63,143 nt of DNA, filler included, from Reticulomyxa filosa (GCA_000512085.1; 12 parts of 12 records of this genome joined end to end with filler, not necessarily neighbours in it), one strand, 5' to 3'; shown: positions 12,367-26,800, counted from the first letter of the whole stretch. Notes: generated from the letters alone by a model not told the origin. Numbers and translations are program-made.

Positions 12367-15300
12367 TTTTTTCTTTTTGAGTTTGTCTTGATATGTGAAA
12401 TAAAATGTGTTTAATTCCATTTCTCGGTAATATTGCTTCATTCGCAACGGAGCTTTTGTCTTTTCCCATTTGAAATCTCCTCCGTCCATCTCTTCAGGAG
12501 AAGAAGGATTAAGTTTGGCAACGCGAATATATTGGCCTTTGAAATCAGGTGATTCATTTTCAGCAGGGACAGGATCGGAAGAATTGACAACTTTGGCATC
12601 TTTCCACTTAGCTTTGATTCGATTTGTAAAATCCATGACAGATTCTGGATTTTTCCCACGACCGCTGCGATAAATAAAATCAGCACCACGCAATTCATCA
12701 GGGAAATCTCCGCGAAAAGATAACAAAAAGTGTGTTTGAAACACTCGGTCACATTGGGAAATAAATTTCCAGCATTGACTTTCTTTTTCCAATTGAGCAC
12801 TTAATGCCTTCAAATCAAAAAGTAGTGTTTCATAAACATGAGACAATTCCTGACACACTCTCACTGCCATTTCCCACGCTTCTCCAATCTGGAATTGTTG
12901 ATATGCATTTTCAAGCAATTGTACATGACGTCTCCATTCTGGTTGCTCATCTAAAGAAAAGTGAGGCTCCGCACGCAACACACGATCAGACCATCCCAAA
13001 CGCGAGGCATGCTTCACATGGCATTGACCTGATTCAATGTGATTGCCCAGTTGTGCATGCATTAAAGACAGTTTGTGAATATAACGATTATACATATCCA
13101 CTTTTCCTCCTTTGTCCAAGTAATTAAGTAATTTCAAAGTCGCTGAGGTGCGTTCATCTTCGTGTACTGCGTCATTGGGAAGTTTACGCAATTGGACCAA
13201 ATACTCGTACAATCTCTCAATTTCGCCAATAAATTGCTCACCAATTTTTTTAAGCTTCGTATTCGAATTTGCAAGTTTTGCGCTCACTCGTTTTCTGAAA
13301 AAGTCCAAATATCGATTGATAATCTTTTCGTCATTTCCATAATCTTCAGTAAGTGAGTCCACTTGATCAATGGTGTGCGTTTCCACATTTTTCATGGAAT
13401 TGGTCGTTTCAAACTCGGATTTCATCATTTGGAAATACACATCCTCTGCAAATTCTTGAATTTGTTGCATCTCGGAAGCACTTGCTGCAATAGCGGCAGT
13501 TACCATGGTTTCGGCCAATTCGCTTCGATGCGATTTCAAGACATCCCATGCGGTACGGAGTTGATTAATGGCAGTAGTACGAATGTCTCCATATGCATCA
13601 CGCACAATATCTGCCCTTTGTTTGATCATGTCTTCAATCGCAAAATCGCGATGCGACAAAAAGAGCATTCCCAAAGCCAACCACGAATCCCAAAGCTCTT
13701 TGTTGAATGATGTGTCCATATAATTGGTACGCAACGTCGAGCCAAACCACGAAAACGCGCGCAGCCCAACTTCGGCTTCCACCATTCGCATGAAAACCCA
13801 CGAGCGAGGGAACAACGATTCTTCCAACAAGTTTTTACAACATTTCAGCACGCCCTCAATCAACTTGGCTGCATTGATGTCGGACTTGGCTCGTTCTTCG
13901 CGAATGACAATGTCAACACGGTCTGATTTTTCGGCAAAAGTATCTGATTTTGCAGTGCCACCAGTCAACAGTCGCGATAACTCGGCAATAGTAACTAAGA
14001 AAGATCGATGGACAACAATTTGATCCGATGCAATCGATTCTACACTTGGCACAGACATTCCCCGTTGTCGTTTGGCAGGGTTTTTGTCCACAGTTTTTCC
14101 AAAAATTCTTTGGGCATTGGAGACTTCGGACATGTCCACTTTGCGAATATTGTCCAAAGCGCCAAAAAACACCAAGAACAAATGAGTAAACTGGTGTAAG
14201 AGCTCTTCACGAGGTTCACAGCCTTTGCCGTCGTGAACCACACGCACGGCGTTTCGCTCGATCGACTTCAATGTGCGAGGTCGCTTTGGGTCCAAATACG
14301 CCACACATTTTTCGATAATGATTGCACATGCAATCTGTTCATCAATACTTTGCGACATGTGGAACGTCAGTTGCTTGGCCACGCAAGGTAAAAAGAGTTC
14401 AACAATATCTTTGCGATTAAACTTTGGATTTTCCAATATTCGCAACATTAGCAATAACTTTTCGACACTGTTGACGACACCCGTGTTTTGGGCCGATTCC
14501 ACAAATTTGACAGTGCGTTTGGTCAGATCTTGTGATTCTTGTGATGTCAAACATGTGAACAAATTCAAGAATCCTTTCATAGCAAAACTTTGAACACCAG
14601 TAACAGTTCGTGGTTCAGTCAATCCCATGACTCGATTTAAACTGTCAAAAATGGCATTGATTTTGTTGTCGTATTCGGTTTGGATTCTCAGCTTGGCCTC
14701 CTTTTCATTTTGGATTTCCAAGTCAACGGATCGCTTCATCAATAGAAACAAGTATTGAATACCACGCATGGATTTGGTGAGTTGACGAGCAATCTCTGCG
14801 CCTTGTTTGGACAAATCAGGAGATGCATCTTTTGTTTCGGCTTTTTTTGCGTCTTCCGAAGCAATCCATTTCAATAGTTTCAAGATTTGATCAGCCAACA
14901 CTTTCCAGAGTCCAGGATATTCAAATCGATTTTGGATCCACTCCTCGATGCGGTTTTTGAAACGAATATTTACACCTTTGTTCACTTCTCCCAACACTCC
15001 AACCAAGGCAAAAAAGCTTTGTTCCACCATTCCCGGGTCCTTGTGCAAAGTTGACATAATGCTGAACACGACCTTCATAAACTCATCCAACACTTGCATC
15101 AGCTCTCCAAACGTCTTTCGCTGCACACGTTGGATAGCAGAGGCCAATGTTTTGGGATCTTGGTCTTCCCAGGTCATAAACGTGTGAATATCATTGTCCG
15201 GCAACACTTTGGTGGAGCACATCTTATATATAATCTGCGCTTGCTTGCCTTCCGCTTTCAAATTGGGATTATTCAAATAACCGGTGGGAGCTTTGTCCAT

Positions 15301-16875
15301 TCTGTACAATTCCAACAAGTAATTTTTGTTGGTTTTCATCTGTCTCAGCTTCGGGTCATATAATGGCAAGAACGCAAATCCTCGTTCTTCCATTTTCTTG
15401 CTTGTTCCGGGAGTGTGCCAGAAAGACAAGTACAAATGGCACTTTTCCATTTCCTTAATGCTGGACGGCACTGCAATCACATACGTCTGGCTCAGCGTCG
15501 GATCGTTCGTGTGGTAATACACGGGCGATTCGTGTTCGTTTTCGGGCTGTGCCATTCCTCCACGTCCCATCATCACTACTCCCACAAGGGGTTCGTACTG
15601 TTCGTTGCGCAGCGACACTTTACACATGACATTGCATGCAGATCGTTTACTTCGCTGATTAACATGCATATCCAACAGGGTGACGTACAGCTCGTGTCGT
15701 TCGGAATGGGTTTGCGGGTTCACTTCGAGTGGATGAACATGCGTCAATTTGTCGTACGCGGAATAGCTCTTCTGCAAGTCCTCGTGTTGGCCTTGGTACA
15801 AGGTCAATGAATGCGCGATCCCAATAGACATGGGCGCGATTGTGCATGGCGCATTTTTTTTCTTTTCAATCAAGTCAAAAGGCAACTGCACGAAATACGC
15901 TTCTTCTTTAGGACACCAGATTTGAGCCGTGCCCGGTTCAAAGTTTGCTTCCGTTCCAATCGAACGAAGTAATTTTGGAAATTGTTCACGCAATGGAATC
16001 ACCGTTATTCCGTACGGTCGAATCACATCTTTCATGCTCACCTTCTTCTTTTTGTTCTTTTCGTCAGGCGCTTCCATTGGCCCGAAACGATAAATCTTAC
16101 AAACAATGTACAAATCTTTCTCGATATCTTCTTGCTTCAAATCACGAAACAACACTTTACAGTCTTCTGGCGCTCCCACTGTTGGGAAATTCTTTTCCGT
16201 CAATGTTAAACAATATTCCTCTCTATTCCAAACATTACATTTTTTTTTTTTTTTTTAGTGTCCAACCCTTTTTTTTTCTTGCTACCACAAAGTTTTTTTC
16301 CTTTTGTCCTCTGGGGCCCCCTGTACCCTTTTTTTACATTTTTTTTTTCCAAAAAAAAAAATTAACGTTAAAAATGATTTGCGACTGTCATCGAAAATTG
16401 AAAACAGCAACGTTGTATTGTTTCGTGCGCTGAAAATACAATGCTTGATGTCAAATACCAATTGGAAAATGGGCTCATCTCCTCTTCCCAAATACTCACT
16501 TTTTTCGTCGTCGCCAAACAGCGAGGCGTTTCCAACGCTCATCACCTTGGCATCACTATGGAATCTGTACAGTTGTTAACGTATACGTGGCTTATTTGGA
16601 TATTCTATTTTAAAATGTTTTGTGTTTGGCGGTCCTGTGGCTTCAACAGACTACTTGCAAAATACTTACGAAATCAATTGTTCGATTGTAAATTTCTCAA
16701 TTTCTCCATCTTCCAATTCTTTGGGTACAAGCACACCCGATTCTTTTTGCAATGCTATTTCAGGATCTTCCTCTGCTAACTTTGTTTCTGAGTCAATGCC
16801 TAGCATTGCAGCTGCTTTCTTGATTTCGCTCCAGCAAGGGTAGCCATAGTCTCTTATATTTGACTTTTGAGGCAG
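12367..16875 (-). CDS. DOCK: DOCK-family Rho/Rac GEF (DOCK-A/B like); 3' truncated by gap
   Basis: DOCK_N region (LLFSIFDDSRKSFLT|EEYCLTL...DLYIVCKIYRFGPM), DHR-1 C2 (RHELYVTL...ESPVYYHTNDP...CHLYLSFWH) and DHR-2 (MYNRYIHKLSLMHAQLGNHIESG...AWEMAVRVCQEL...FRGDFPDELRGADFIYR). 1294-aa exon; start codon uncertain. Confidence 0.95.
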
Positions 16876-17407
16876 CCTTAAATTGTTTTAACAAAGGGGC
16901 TCTACAACTCTAACTAAGCAGCTTACTTCTGTCGACCCCCTGAGACTTCACTCGAAATTTTTAGTGTTACAAAAGATATTCGCGAAATTTTCAATTCCTC
17001 GTTCGATTTTGGTTAATAAAATTGTTTATATGCCACAATTGAGATGCTTAATTACGCAATAGTTAATCATAAAACAAAATGTGTTTTAACACCATGTTTA
17101 AAAAAATCTAGATGCCCCATACTATACGCGGAAAATAAAAAAATTTGGATTGAGCACAATATTTTGAGAGAATTAAAAAGCTGACGTAGGACTGTGGATT
17201 AAATTGGGTTGAGAAAAATATGTCATGTGATCCGAGATGCACAAAGCAACAAAATTTTAAAAAGCGTAGCTATTAAATCTTTGGATCAAACAGAAGGACA
17301 TTCTCGAAGTAAAACGACAACGAAAAGAAAATGAAAAACAACTATTTCCTAAAATTTCCCATCATACACAACAGATTTCACTTGTCCAGTTTGTTCACTT
17401 TCAAATC

Positions 17408-18592
17408 TTACAAGATCTGGCACTTTGATTTCTTCCCTGATTTCTTTGGTGGGCGCAAATAAGCTCTTTTTTTTTTTTTCATTTTTTTAAGTATGTTATT
17501 TTCTGGCTATTTATTTCTCTCCAAAAGAGAGGATTACCTGATGGCTTTATCAAAGACTTCTCCTAAGTTGAACATTGTTTTTGCGCTGCATTCTACATAT
17601 GCAGCAGCGCTAATTTCTTTCGCCAAACGTTCGCCTGTCGCAGCTGCAATGGGTGATTTTTTAAGTTCCGCAAGCTAATTTTATTTGTTGTTGCACGACA
17701 GTCTTGCTTATAAGTCTCAAAAAACGTATACTTTTTTTAAAAAGGGGTTATGCATATTTTTGCAAAAGGGCATAAACAAAACTTCTTTTATAATCTTTGG
17801 GTCATCTCTGAGATCAACCTTAGTGCCAACTAAAACAATTGGAACATCAGGGCAGTGGTCTGTGAATAACATCAACAACCGTAGGAAAAAAATGATTATA
17901 TACGCACTTTTAAAAAAAACTAAAACAAAAAAAAGGGGTAGCAGGTTCCTTTTTACTATTTGTTTTAGCCAGCATAAAAAAAGTTCTAAACGTATCAACT
18001 CTGGCCACCATCTTTGTTTTACATTGGCGAACGAAGTCTCAGATATCACTGAAAAGCAGACTAAAAACTATATATACAAATATTTTTTTTGGATGATGAA
18101 GTATTCCTCCTTCCCCTCATCTCTGTTTCCTATTAATTCCGGAGAAAACATACCACATTCGTTCCGGGGTAGCTCAATGGTCTCAATCGGTCATAATCTA
18201 TTTTGAAGTATTTAAACCTTAAAAGAAAAGGTCTTCAATATTAAAACAATGCCATTACCTTCTTGTCCTGCTGTGTCCCACAATTGCAAGTTTATTACTT
18301 TCCCATCGCACATAACCTTTTATTTAGTGCGTTTATTGATCGATAATTGTATTTTCAACAGTGTCACAAAACTACTTACCATCGCACTGTGGTTATCAAA
18401 TACTGTTGGTACATAGGTTTCTGGAAATTCATTTTTTGTGTAGCAATAGAGCAGGCACTAATTTATTTTTTCAACATTATTACAGACTGTTTCGTTGGCA
18501 AAGTGTTTTGGGGTCTGTTTCAGAAACAAAACTGTTTTTCCCACAGTCCCATCACCAACTACACAACACTTCACACTTATTGTTTCCGCCAT
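17408..18592 (-). CDS. rac: Rho-family small GTPase, Rac-like, 7 exons
   Basis: Spliced product [20 protein letters not shown]|[26 protein letters not shown]|[19 protein letters not shown]|[11 protein letters not shown]...[13 protein letters not shown]...YVECSAKT...[14 protein letters not shown], ending in a polybasic stretch plus CaaX. First exons 18592-18533, 18457-18380, 18316-18259. Confidence 0.97.
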
Positions 18593-19254
18593 GGATTTAT
18601 AAATTGAAAGTAAATATCTCAAAATAACAAAAATTTAGAAAAACAAGGTCAAAATGATTAGTGAATTTTTACGTTGGTTTTGCAGTTTACTTAAAGTGTT
18701 GCACAGTACTGATAACCAGCTATTTCTTTCGTAGTAGTATTACATGAATACCTCGCACTTATTCTAGAATCGGTTTTGTCATCATAAACACCCTCTCAAT
18801 CTCAACAATTTGAACAAAGTTGTAACTTTATAGTATTGTAAAATGATGGAGATTATGTTAAAGTTATTTTTTTTATCAAGTATTATCGATCAAAATCACA
18901 ATGGACTGATTCAACTTGAATTTAGTCCGAGTACAAATTGTTTTAAAGAAAAAATCTGTGAGCGTAAGTGTAAGTTTAAATGACGTCTTATGTGGCCAAA
19001 ATATTTCAAACAAATACAATCTATATGACAACAAAATATGATTTATTATTTCTTTTGTGGCAGTGACAGTCATTGATACTTTAGTTACAAGTATCCATTC
19101 AGTACAAAAAAAATATTCGTAAGCAAAAACACTCAATTTTTGAACTATACGAAGTTGGTAGCTTGTGTCGACTGGAATATCAAGTGTAATACGAATAGTT
19201 GCTCTTTAAGCAATCTTTCAAAAAACGAAACTAGCTAAATAAAAGAAGAATATA

Positions 19255-19405
19255 AAACAACAACGACAATAACAACAACAAGAGAATAAGAGAAGTTGGA
19301 AGAAAAGATAAATAAGTTGTTGTAAAAAAGGGGTTTCCTAGGTTACACAGGAACTTCCCTTTACACTGTTAGGGCCTTGTCCTACACTTTTATCTAACAA
19401 AATAT
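19255..19405 (+). repeat. Candidate dispersed repeat, copy 2
   Basis: Blocks CAACGACAATAACAAC, TTGTTGTAAAAAAG, CCTAGG..GAACTT and ACTGTTAGGGCCTT..CTACACTTTTATCTAACAAAAT resemble the 1040-1190 minus strand. Confidence 0.35.
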
Positions 19406-20844
19406 ATAGAAAACCATCTTTCTTGCATCTCTATACAATATTACGCTGCTTTATGAACATAATTGATTTTCTCAATGAAAATTAAATATTTCATCCAAAT
19501 TTTTAAAAAAATATTGAAGTTTTTAAATATGAAATTGATTTAAATAAAGTAATTCTATGTAAAATAAAATTTCTTTTTTCATCTAATTTTTGTAAATTTG
19601 AAGGAAAATTACTATTATTCACTTATGTCGTATGATGAAATTTCAAATCTTTTAATTTGATTTTCAGAAACTTTGCATCAAGTAGGTATTATAGTGAGAA
19701 AATAATGTTTCTTTATTTCGCAATTTCGCTTTTAACAGTTTGCCAAAAAAAATAGTGCTATTATGCTACTTTTAAAAAAATATCAAAGCCACTATCACTC
19801 GTTAAGACCAAACTCAAACGAGTGGTCAGGAGATTTGAGATAAAGATGGAGATAAGCACTAATCTCACCTCAATGACATGCTGAGCATATATGCAATTTC
19901 AACACTGGAGATTGAAAGTGAAAAAGTATAAGCGCAATCCAGTAGACATCAGTCCAGAAATAAAAAAATCATTATAGTGATCTAAATTATGTGAAAAAAA
20001 GAAAACAAGCATGACAATGTTTTTACTTTAATAATCATAAATAATCGCATTACAGCAAATAACATCGTTTCCATCAGTCAAAAGTTTTGAAATTAAAATA
20101 ATTAAAAAAACTATACGTATGTAAACACAAATTTTAAAATAATAAATAACAAGATAGTATTTTTAAAAAAATATGAAAAGTATGTTTTTCATTTATATTT
20201 GTTCAATGTTGTCCATAAATAACATCAATATTGTCATCATTTTGCATTACTATTGACCAATTTCTTTTTAGCTGATTATACCTTCATATTTATCTTAATA
20301 TCTTCATTATTCGATAGCATAACGGATCGATGTGTACTAATTGCTTTTTGTTTGTAATACACGTGTATGATAATATATTATTGACATCTAATTGTTACAA
20401 GTGCATTGCCAGATACAAAAGCAAACAAAGGAAATTCGAAAATTCGTTCTGTCTATGTTACACGTGCAATTTCGGCTGGTAGTGCATACTTTTCTTTCTT
20501 TACAGTCGTCGTACAGTAATAAGAAAAAAATATTTATATAAGATGTTGTTATTGATTTGTTTGTTGAAGTAAATTTTTAAGTATTTAAAGAAAGCTTGAA
20601 TCAGAAACTATTTTGAATATGACATAAAAGACATTCCAATGTTCAGCGATATTCAACACATCTCTTTACAAAATGGAAAATTAAGCTCCAAACACTTAGA
20701 AACTTTGTAGAATGACTTTTTTTGAGGGAGAGACAAAAAGAGTGGAAAAACAAAAAAAGAAGAGGAGACAAGTTACATTCTTAGATAGATACACCTATTT
20801 CACAACTATTTTTTTCTTCCCTCGTTGGTTACTTTTTGTTTCTT

Positions 20845-23800
20845 TTAATCAATCTTGTTTTGGGCATTCAGTGAAATGTTGATCTTTTCTGCAATTCGGC
20901 CGTGATCATTTACTTTTGTTTGAACAATATCATTGATCTCCTTATTTTTATTGGTTTTATCCACCATAATTGGGCATTGGGCCATGATTTGCCAAAGACG
21001 TCGGCTGACTTGTCTGTGTTGATAGCAAGGCATGTTTAAAAAAAGGGTTTTTGATTGTTTGTTTTTCAACACAAATAATACTCAACTTCAATCCAGCTTC
21101 AGGGAAAGGTGATACATCAATAAAGTCGTCAGGAGAATCCTGTTCTTTGTTGGATTTGACATGTTCAATGGCAGTCCTTACCAATTCCGTTGCAGTATCA
21201 GAGACATCGCGCGAAATTTTTCCACCAGAAACCGCCTTATGTGCTTTGGCAATGATTTTTTCAAAACAGAGCAAGAAATTTGGTCCTTGCTCCAAAAAGT
21301 ATCGACAAATCTTGAAGATAGTTGCATGATAGTGTTCCATTCCAGGAGATTCCAATAATCCTTCGAAATAATTGGCCGCTACTTTTGCATACGAATCAAA
21401 GAAATGTTCAACAATAAGTGGACACATATCCCTCAAAAATGCATCCTCTTCAATAGCGAAGCCTTTAACATAGTCTCGGAATTTGTTGCTTAGTTTTTTG
21501 TTGACAACACCCAAAGTCTCTGCCAATCGTCGGAACAATCGTGGCAAATCAGTTAGTTTTTCTGGAGAGTAACGGCTGTGATAGCAAATATATGGCAAAA
21601 TTGCTATTAGCGCCAACAATGGTCTTAAATTGGTTCGATCCATTATATTATCCATTTTAGTCACCAGTGCATCTTTGATCATTTTGAAGCATACCTCCTC
21701 ATGTTGAGGTCGTAAGAAACCCTTTGTTTTTGTTTTTTTTAGTGTGAAGTTGATTTTTGTTTCATATTGTAAGAAGAACAACAACAAAAGAAACAAACTA
21801 TACAGAACAATAGAGAGCATATATTATTTATTATTCGTTTTAACTTGTAACAAATATTGTTGCACGCCTTCAAAGCGAGGAGTCCACTCTTCACAATAGT
21901 TCCAAAACTTTTCGGGCAATCCGTCCCTTTCTGCTGCTTCCATTTGCATTTCCATTTCCATCTCCACGTCTCGGTCTCGAATGTCCTCATTATTGTACAT
22001 GTCCTCTATAGGCGCGATGTATTGCGGCTCAGTGATGTCGTGTTCACTGCCATCGTTTGTGAACGAGGTGCCCGATTTCAACGCCAAATTTGTTTGAGGT
22101 AAGTTATTGGGATCAGGTTTCAATGACGCTTGATTGTCGACTGTGGAAACTTGTGGAACTTTTTCCTCCGTCTCATTTTGAATTTGTGTCGGTTTTTTGT
22201 TGCTGGTCGAATCAGGTTTGAGAGCTTTGGTTTCTCCTGGCGCTTTGATCGTGACTTTGCTCATTTTTTCTTTGTTATCGTTTTCATTCGTGCTATCTTC
22301 CTCTCTTGATTCCCAATCTTCCATTTCTACAAAATACTGTGGATTTTGGGCTTGATCCAAATTCATGCCCACAAGTTCCAACCCTAATTTTATTGCATTA
22401 TAAGGCAATCCATGTATATGCATCGTTTATTATGATAAGAAGAAAGAGCTTGTATATGTATGTACATATACATACATATATACATATATGTATGTACGTA
22501 TATTTATATGAACGAAAGTTTTAATTCCCATACCTCTGTCAAACAGTTCACTTTCGGTGTCATTTTTTACATTGGCTCTTAATAAAGCAATGCCAGCCCA
22601 GAATAGAGCAGGATGTTCATGCAACTGTTGTTGTTGCTTCAATGCGTGAGCCATTTTCAAAAGCGTATCCAAAATGCGCATGCATTCGTGGAATTCTTTT
22701 GGGACACTTTGTCTTGTCTTTTGATATTTGCTTGCATTTTCCCATTGGTCGATACTTCCGACAAGTGTTAACAGCACCACTTTGACAGCGGCATGATTTA
22801 AAGGATTGAGCAGTTGTCGATAGACGTGGAAGGCCCGTTGAGCAATATCTTGATTAGTGGAAAGCACAGCCCAGCGCAACGCTTCATAGCCGATACGATC
22901 TTTTGCCTTCAGTTCCGGCTTTAGCACTTGGCAATATTTGTCAATGAACACTCCTCCGTCCATCACCACGGTCCCCACTCTGTCTACGGTGAACTGTTGG
23001 CGCACGACAGCCCCGCCCACGCCGACGTCATCATCCCACATAAGTTGCAACTCGCGAGCTTTCAAAGCAGCGGCCACCGATGCTTCTTCGTAGCTGATCT
23101 GTTCGTTTTGTAGCATATCAAAGTCTTTGGGCAGACATAGTGTGCTCATGATTCGAACTAAAAGATGATGCAATTGTCGAGGATTGGAGCTGGAAGAAAT
23201 GAATATGGAAGCGTACAACACAAGGACTGGATAGTCTCGTTCAATCGGCCCACTGTCGACTCCGATGATATCCACCAACAACGAAGCCGCCAAATCGGCC
23301 TTGCGTTCGATCTGGCCACGAGACATGGCAGTTTTCTTACTGTCCACTGTCAGACCCACTGTGTGTGCATTCCCGCCGGCACTGGCATTGGCATTGGCAT
23401 TGGCGCTTGCAACGCTGACGCCACCTATGCCGATCGCAGCAGTAGCCGCCATGATTCCAGTGCTGGAGCTCGCACTCGCTTGTTGAGTCTTGGTCGCACT
23501 GCGATCTCGCCGTGAAGAAAACAGCGCATCTTCGCTGCCTCCGTCAATATGGGCTTCGTATCCATAATCCAATCGATGTTCATTGTTCGATTCATTGTGC
23601 GTGCCTTGTGCTTTCTCTTCTTCTTCAATGCGCTCTTCGTAACGAGTCAAAATTTCTCCACTGCGATGGCGAATCTTTAAATTGGATTTGCTGTACTCGT
23701 TGATACCAATCGTAAGCACTCGAAGCAAAGATCGGACAATATACCAAGTGATTAACTTTCGAGTTAGCGCCAAGGGTTGTTTTGTCACGGACCCAGAGTA

Positions 23801-26800
23801 TTTGCCGTTGGTGCGATTGGGTTCCGATGGCCCTTCGTAAATGGCAAAGATAATGTTCTTGCATGCGGGCATGATTTGAGTGTACAGGTTGATTTGTTGC
23901 TTTTGCGCCTGTGCCATGTACGACTCCACCGTCTCAATCAAAAAGTCCAATATCGCAAATAAGTTTTCATAGCTGAAGGCATTGGCCAATTCCTTCCACA
24001 CTTTCAATAGACTGGTTTGAAATTGATCCGTCGCCGTAGTCGTAATGTGGAACAAATTGCTCAACAATAACAATGTCTCATGTCCTTTCAATTTGTACTT
24101 TTCCGGATCAAACACTTGCAACAATTGTTCCGTCTTTTTCTTCTTTTTGTTGATTTTCGGAGATTTGGGCTGTTGGATTTGCATTGTCACTTTCTGCTTA
24201 TTCGGCATGGAATACACGTCATAACCAGTGATACTTCTTCCCAATGGACTCGGCATTGTTTTGGGATTGTTTCGTGAGTTGGCGCTGGGACTGCGAGGAG
24301 CAACTGCACTCATGTCCGCGGTATTTGTTTGCGAGCTGTCCACACTGTTTTCCACCCATGCTTCGTCTTCGTCGTCTTCGTCCAATCTGGCTTCGGCTTC
24401 ACTCATATTCGAAGACGAGGATTTGATTAATACCATATTCGAGCCTCCCGGCAAAGGCGCTGGCACTGATGAATTGCCCGTCGCTGTCATCGTGACGGTC
24501 GTTATGATCGATGGATTCTTGGTTTCATTCTTTGCACTTGCCTCATTTTCTTCCTCTTCTTCTCCGTCGGTGATCGACTCTTCCGGTTCTTTTTTTTCTC
24601 GAGTGTCATCCGCGGCACTAATGTCTTCATCGTCGTCGCCATCTTCTTTATGCGCCATCTTGTCTTCAATGTCATGGATGCTGGGAGATCTCGATTGTGG
24701 TCGACGGTAGTAACGCAAGTATTGCTCATCCATTTTGGCTTTGTTGGCGCAATGCAAATGAATTTCGCGCGCCCATGGCTTCAAAAAGGTGGTGATCCAT
24801 TCACGCCGATCACTTGTTTCCGTATATTTGATGGCGTCTCGGAACAGCGCCCCACCGATGGACGGGAAATGCTTTGCAAACAAGCGAGAAATGTGTCCAC
24901 CATTTTTGCGCACCCACAGACTCATCGACGACTCAAAGGCGAATTTGTACTTGTCGATTTCGTTCACCAATGTCTTGCCCACGACAATGTGTGCCAGCGC
25001 TCGGAGCAACAAAAAGCCGCTGAAGCGGGCATCTGCATCGGGTTCGATGATCATCATCAAGCCAAGGAAAAGCAGACGATGAGCGTAATGGAATACATTG
25101 GATAAAAAGCCGTCTCCAATCGGTCTTTGAATTTTCCAATCGTTGGCTCGATATCTCGACTCCACCACGGTGATGCGATCTCCACTGGTATTGATTTCCA
25201 TTACATTGACAATGGCTCTCAAGAAATAGGGATGGGAGGAATACAATGGGTCTTTCTCGTCCGTGTGCGCTTCAAGTGCTTTTTCAATATAAAAGCTGAA
25301 CAATTGTTCAAACTGGAACATAAGGAAAGGGGTGAGTACTTCAAAGTAGTTCTTTTCCGCTTGAACGAATAATTCCAACACAGTTTGACTGGGTGAGTCT
25401 CCTACCTCTCTCTTCAATTCCGCAGGTGCACTATTGCCCCCTCGCAAAAAGTTCACACATAGTTATCCTGCCCTCGCAATAAATTCGTTTTCAGTTTCAA
25501 CTTTTCTTTTTTCGACGCCTTTGGCTTTGTCGTTTTCTCTTCGATCCCCAAATACTTGGACGGAAATACGCGTCCCATGTTCAACAGATGCTGCAATGCG
25601 GTAAACACAGCCACGCTCACCACTCGCTGGCGATCGGACGTGGTCTTAAAGTCCTGGTCTTCGAAATGAAGCGAATTTGCGCCCTTGTCGACGTCATTGG
25701 AAAACTTGAGAAGCCAAATCAGCATTTTGAATCGCGTCTCCTCATTTGTTTGACTAATGTGTGGCAACTTATCATACTCAATTCGATTTTGCATCATCGA
25801 TTTTTTACTATATCGCAGCCGTTTTCGGAATTGGCGGATATTGTTTTGGATTTCTTCTTGGGTCACTCCTTCGTTTGGAAAGTGCCAAAACACATGACGA
25901 ATGGACGGATGTGCGCCAATGCGAGACAATCCACGTAAAAACAAGGCATAGCTTTCGGCCAGGTCTCGCTGCGTTTCAAACCATCGCGACTTTTCAATTC
26001 GGTCTTGTCGAAACGCTTCTGCACGCAATGAGTCAATAAAATCGAACATCTTCTTCACCAAGTCTTTATCTCCGTGGTAAATACCAGCAGCAAAATTGTT
26101 TACCTCTCCTAATCGATGCAATAAGAAGACAATGTCTTCGATCATCCTGGTTCGACGACGACCTTGAGTGTCATTGTACACATCAATCAGAGTATTCAAT
26201 ATCAAGGGGATACCCTCCCAATGCATGCCCTCTAATATCTCTGCAATCACATTCCGCAGCCAAGTGCTCTCCTCATGCAAGCAGTTCCAAAAGTTTTCTT
26301 TCATATATTTTTGCAAGTCTTTTTTCGTGTCTTCAAAACATTTGCCCCCAGTGCCTCGGAATCCCGGCGGCTGATATGCAAACACATAGCCATTGCTATT
26401 TTCAAACGTATTGCTTTTCAACTCTTCTGTCTTCACACTGGTGGTGGAAAAAGGATTGGGAATGCCTTCGCCCACTAATCCTAACAACAACGTATGCAGA
26501 TTGATCCAGTAAATGCGAGTGAACGATCTCTCTTTCCACTCGTCTCCATTGCTCCATCCGGTTTTGCCTTTGCAATTGGCCGGCGGCATATCTCCCAGCA
26601 AATGATAAATGAAGCATGATGCCGCGTATATGGTCTCATGGATATGTGCATCCACCACTTTCTTTGCCAATTGGGATATGATCGACGGTACCAATCCCTC
26701 CATTCGAACCACGGTATGAAAGCCCAAATCCTTTTGCTTGCTAATATTGGCGCGCATTTGATTTCGTAACATGGCCAACCCTGCTGCCGTCATTGACATG

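Noticed and set aside
9558-16875. DOCK-VPS9 fusion across the gap at 12267
   Set aside because: The DHR-2 end is missing. Gaps at 30765 and 53807 hide gene boundaries, so co-orientation alone is not evidence.
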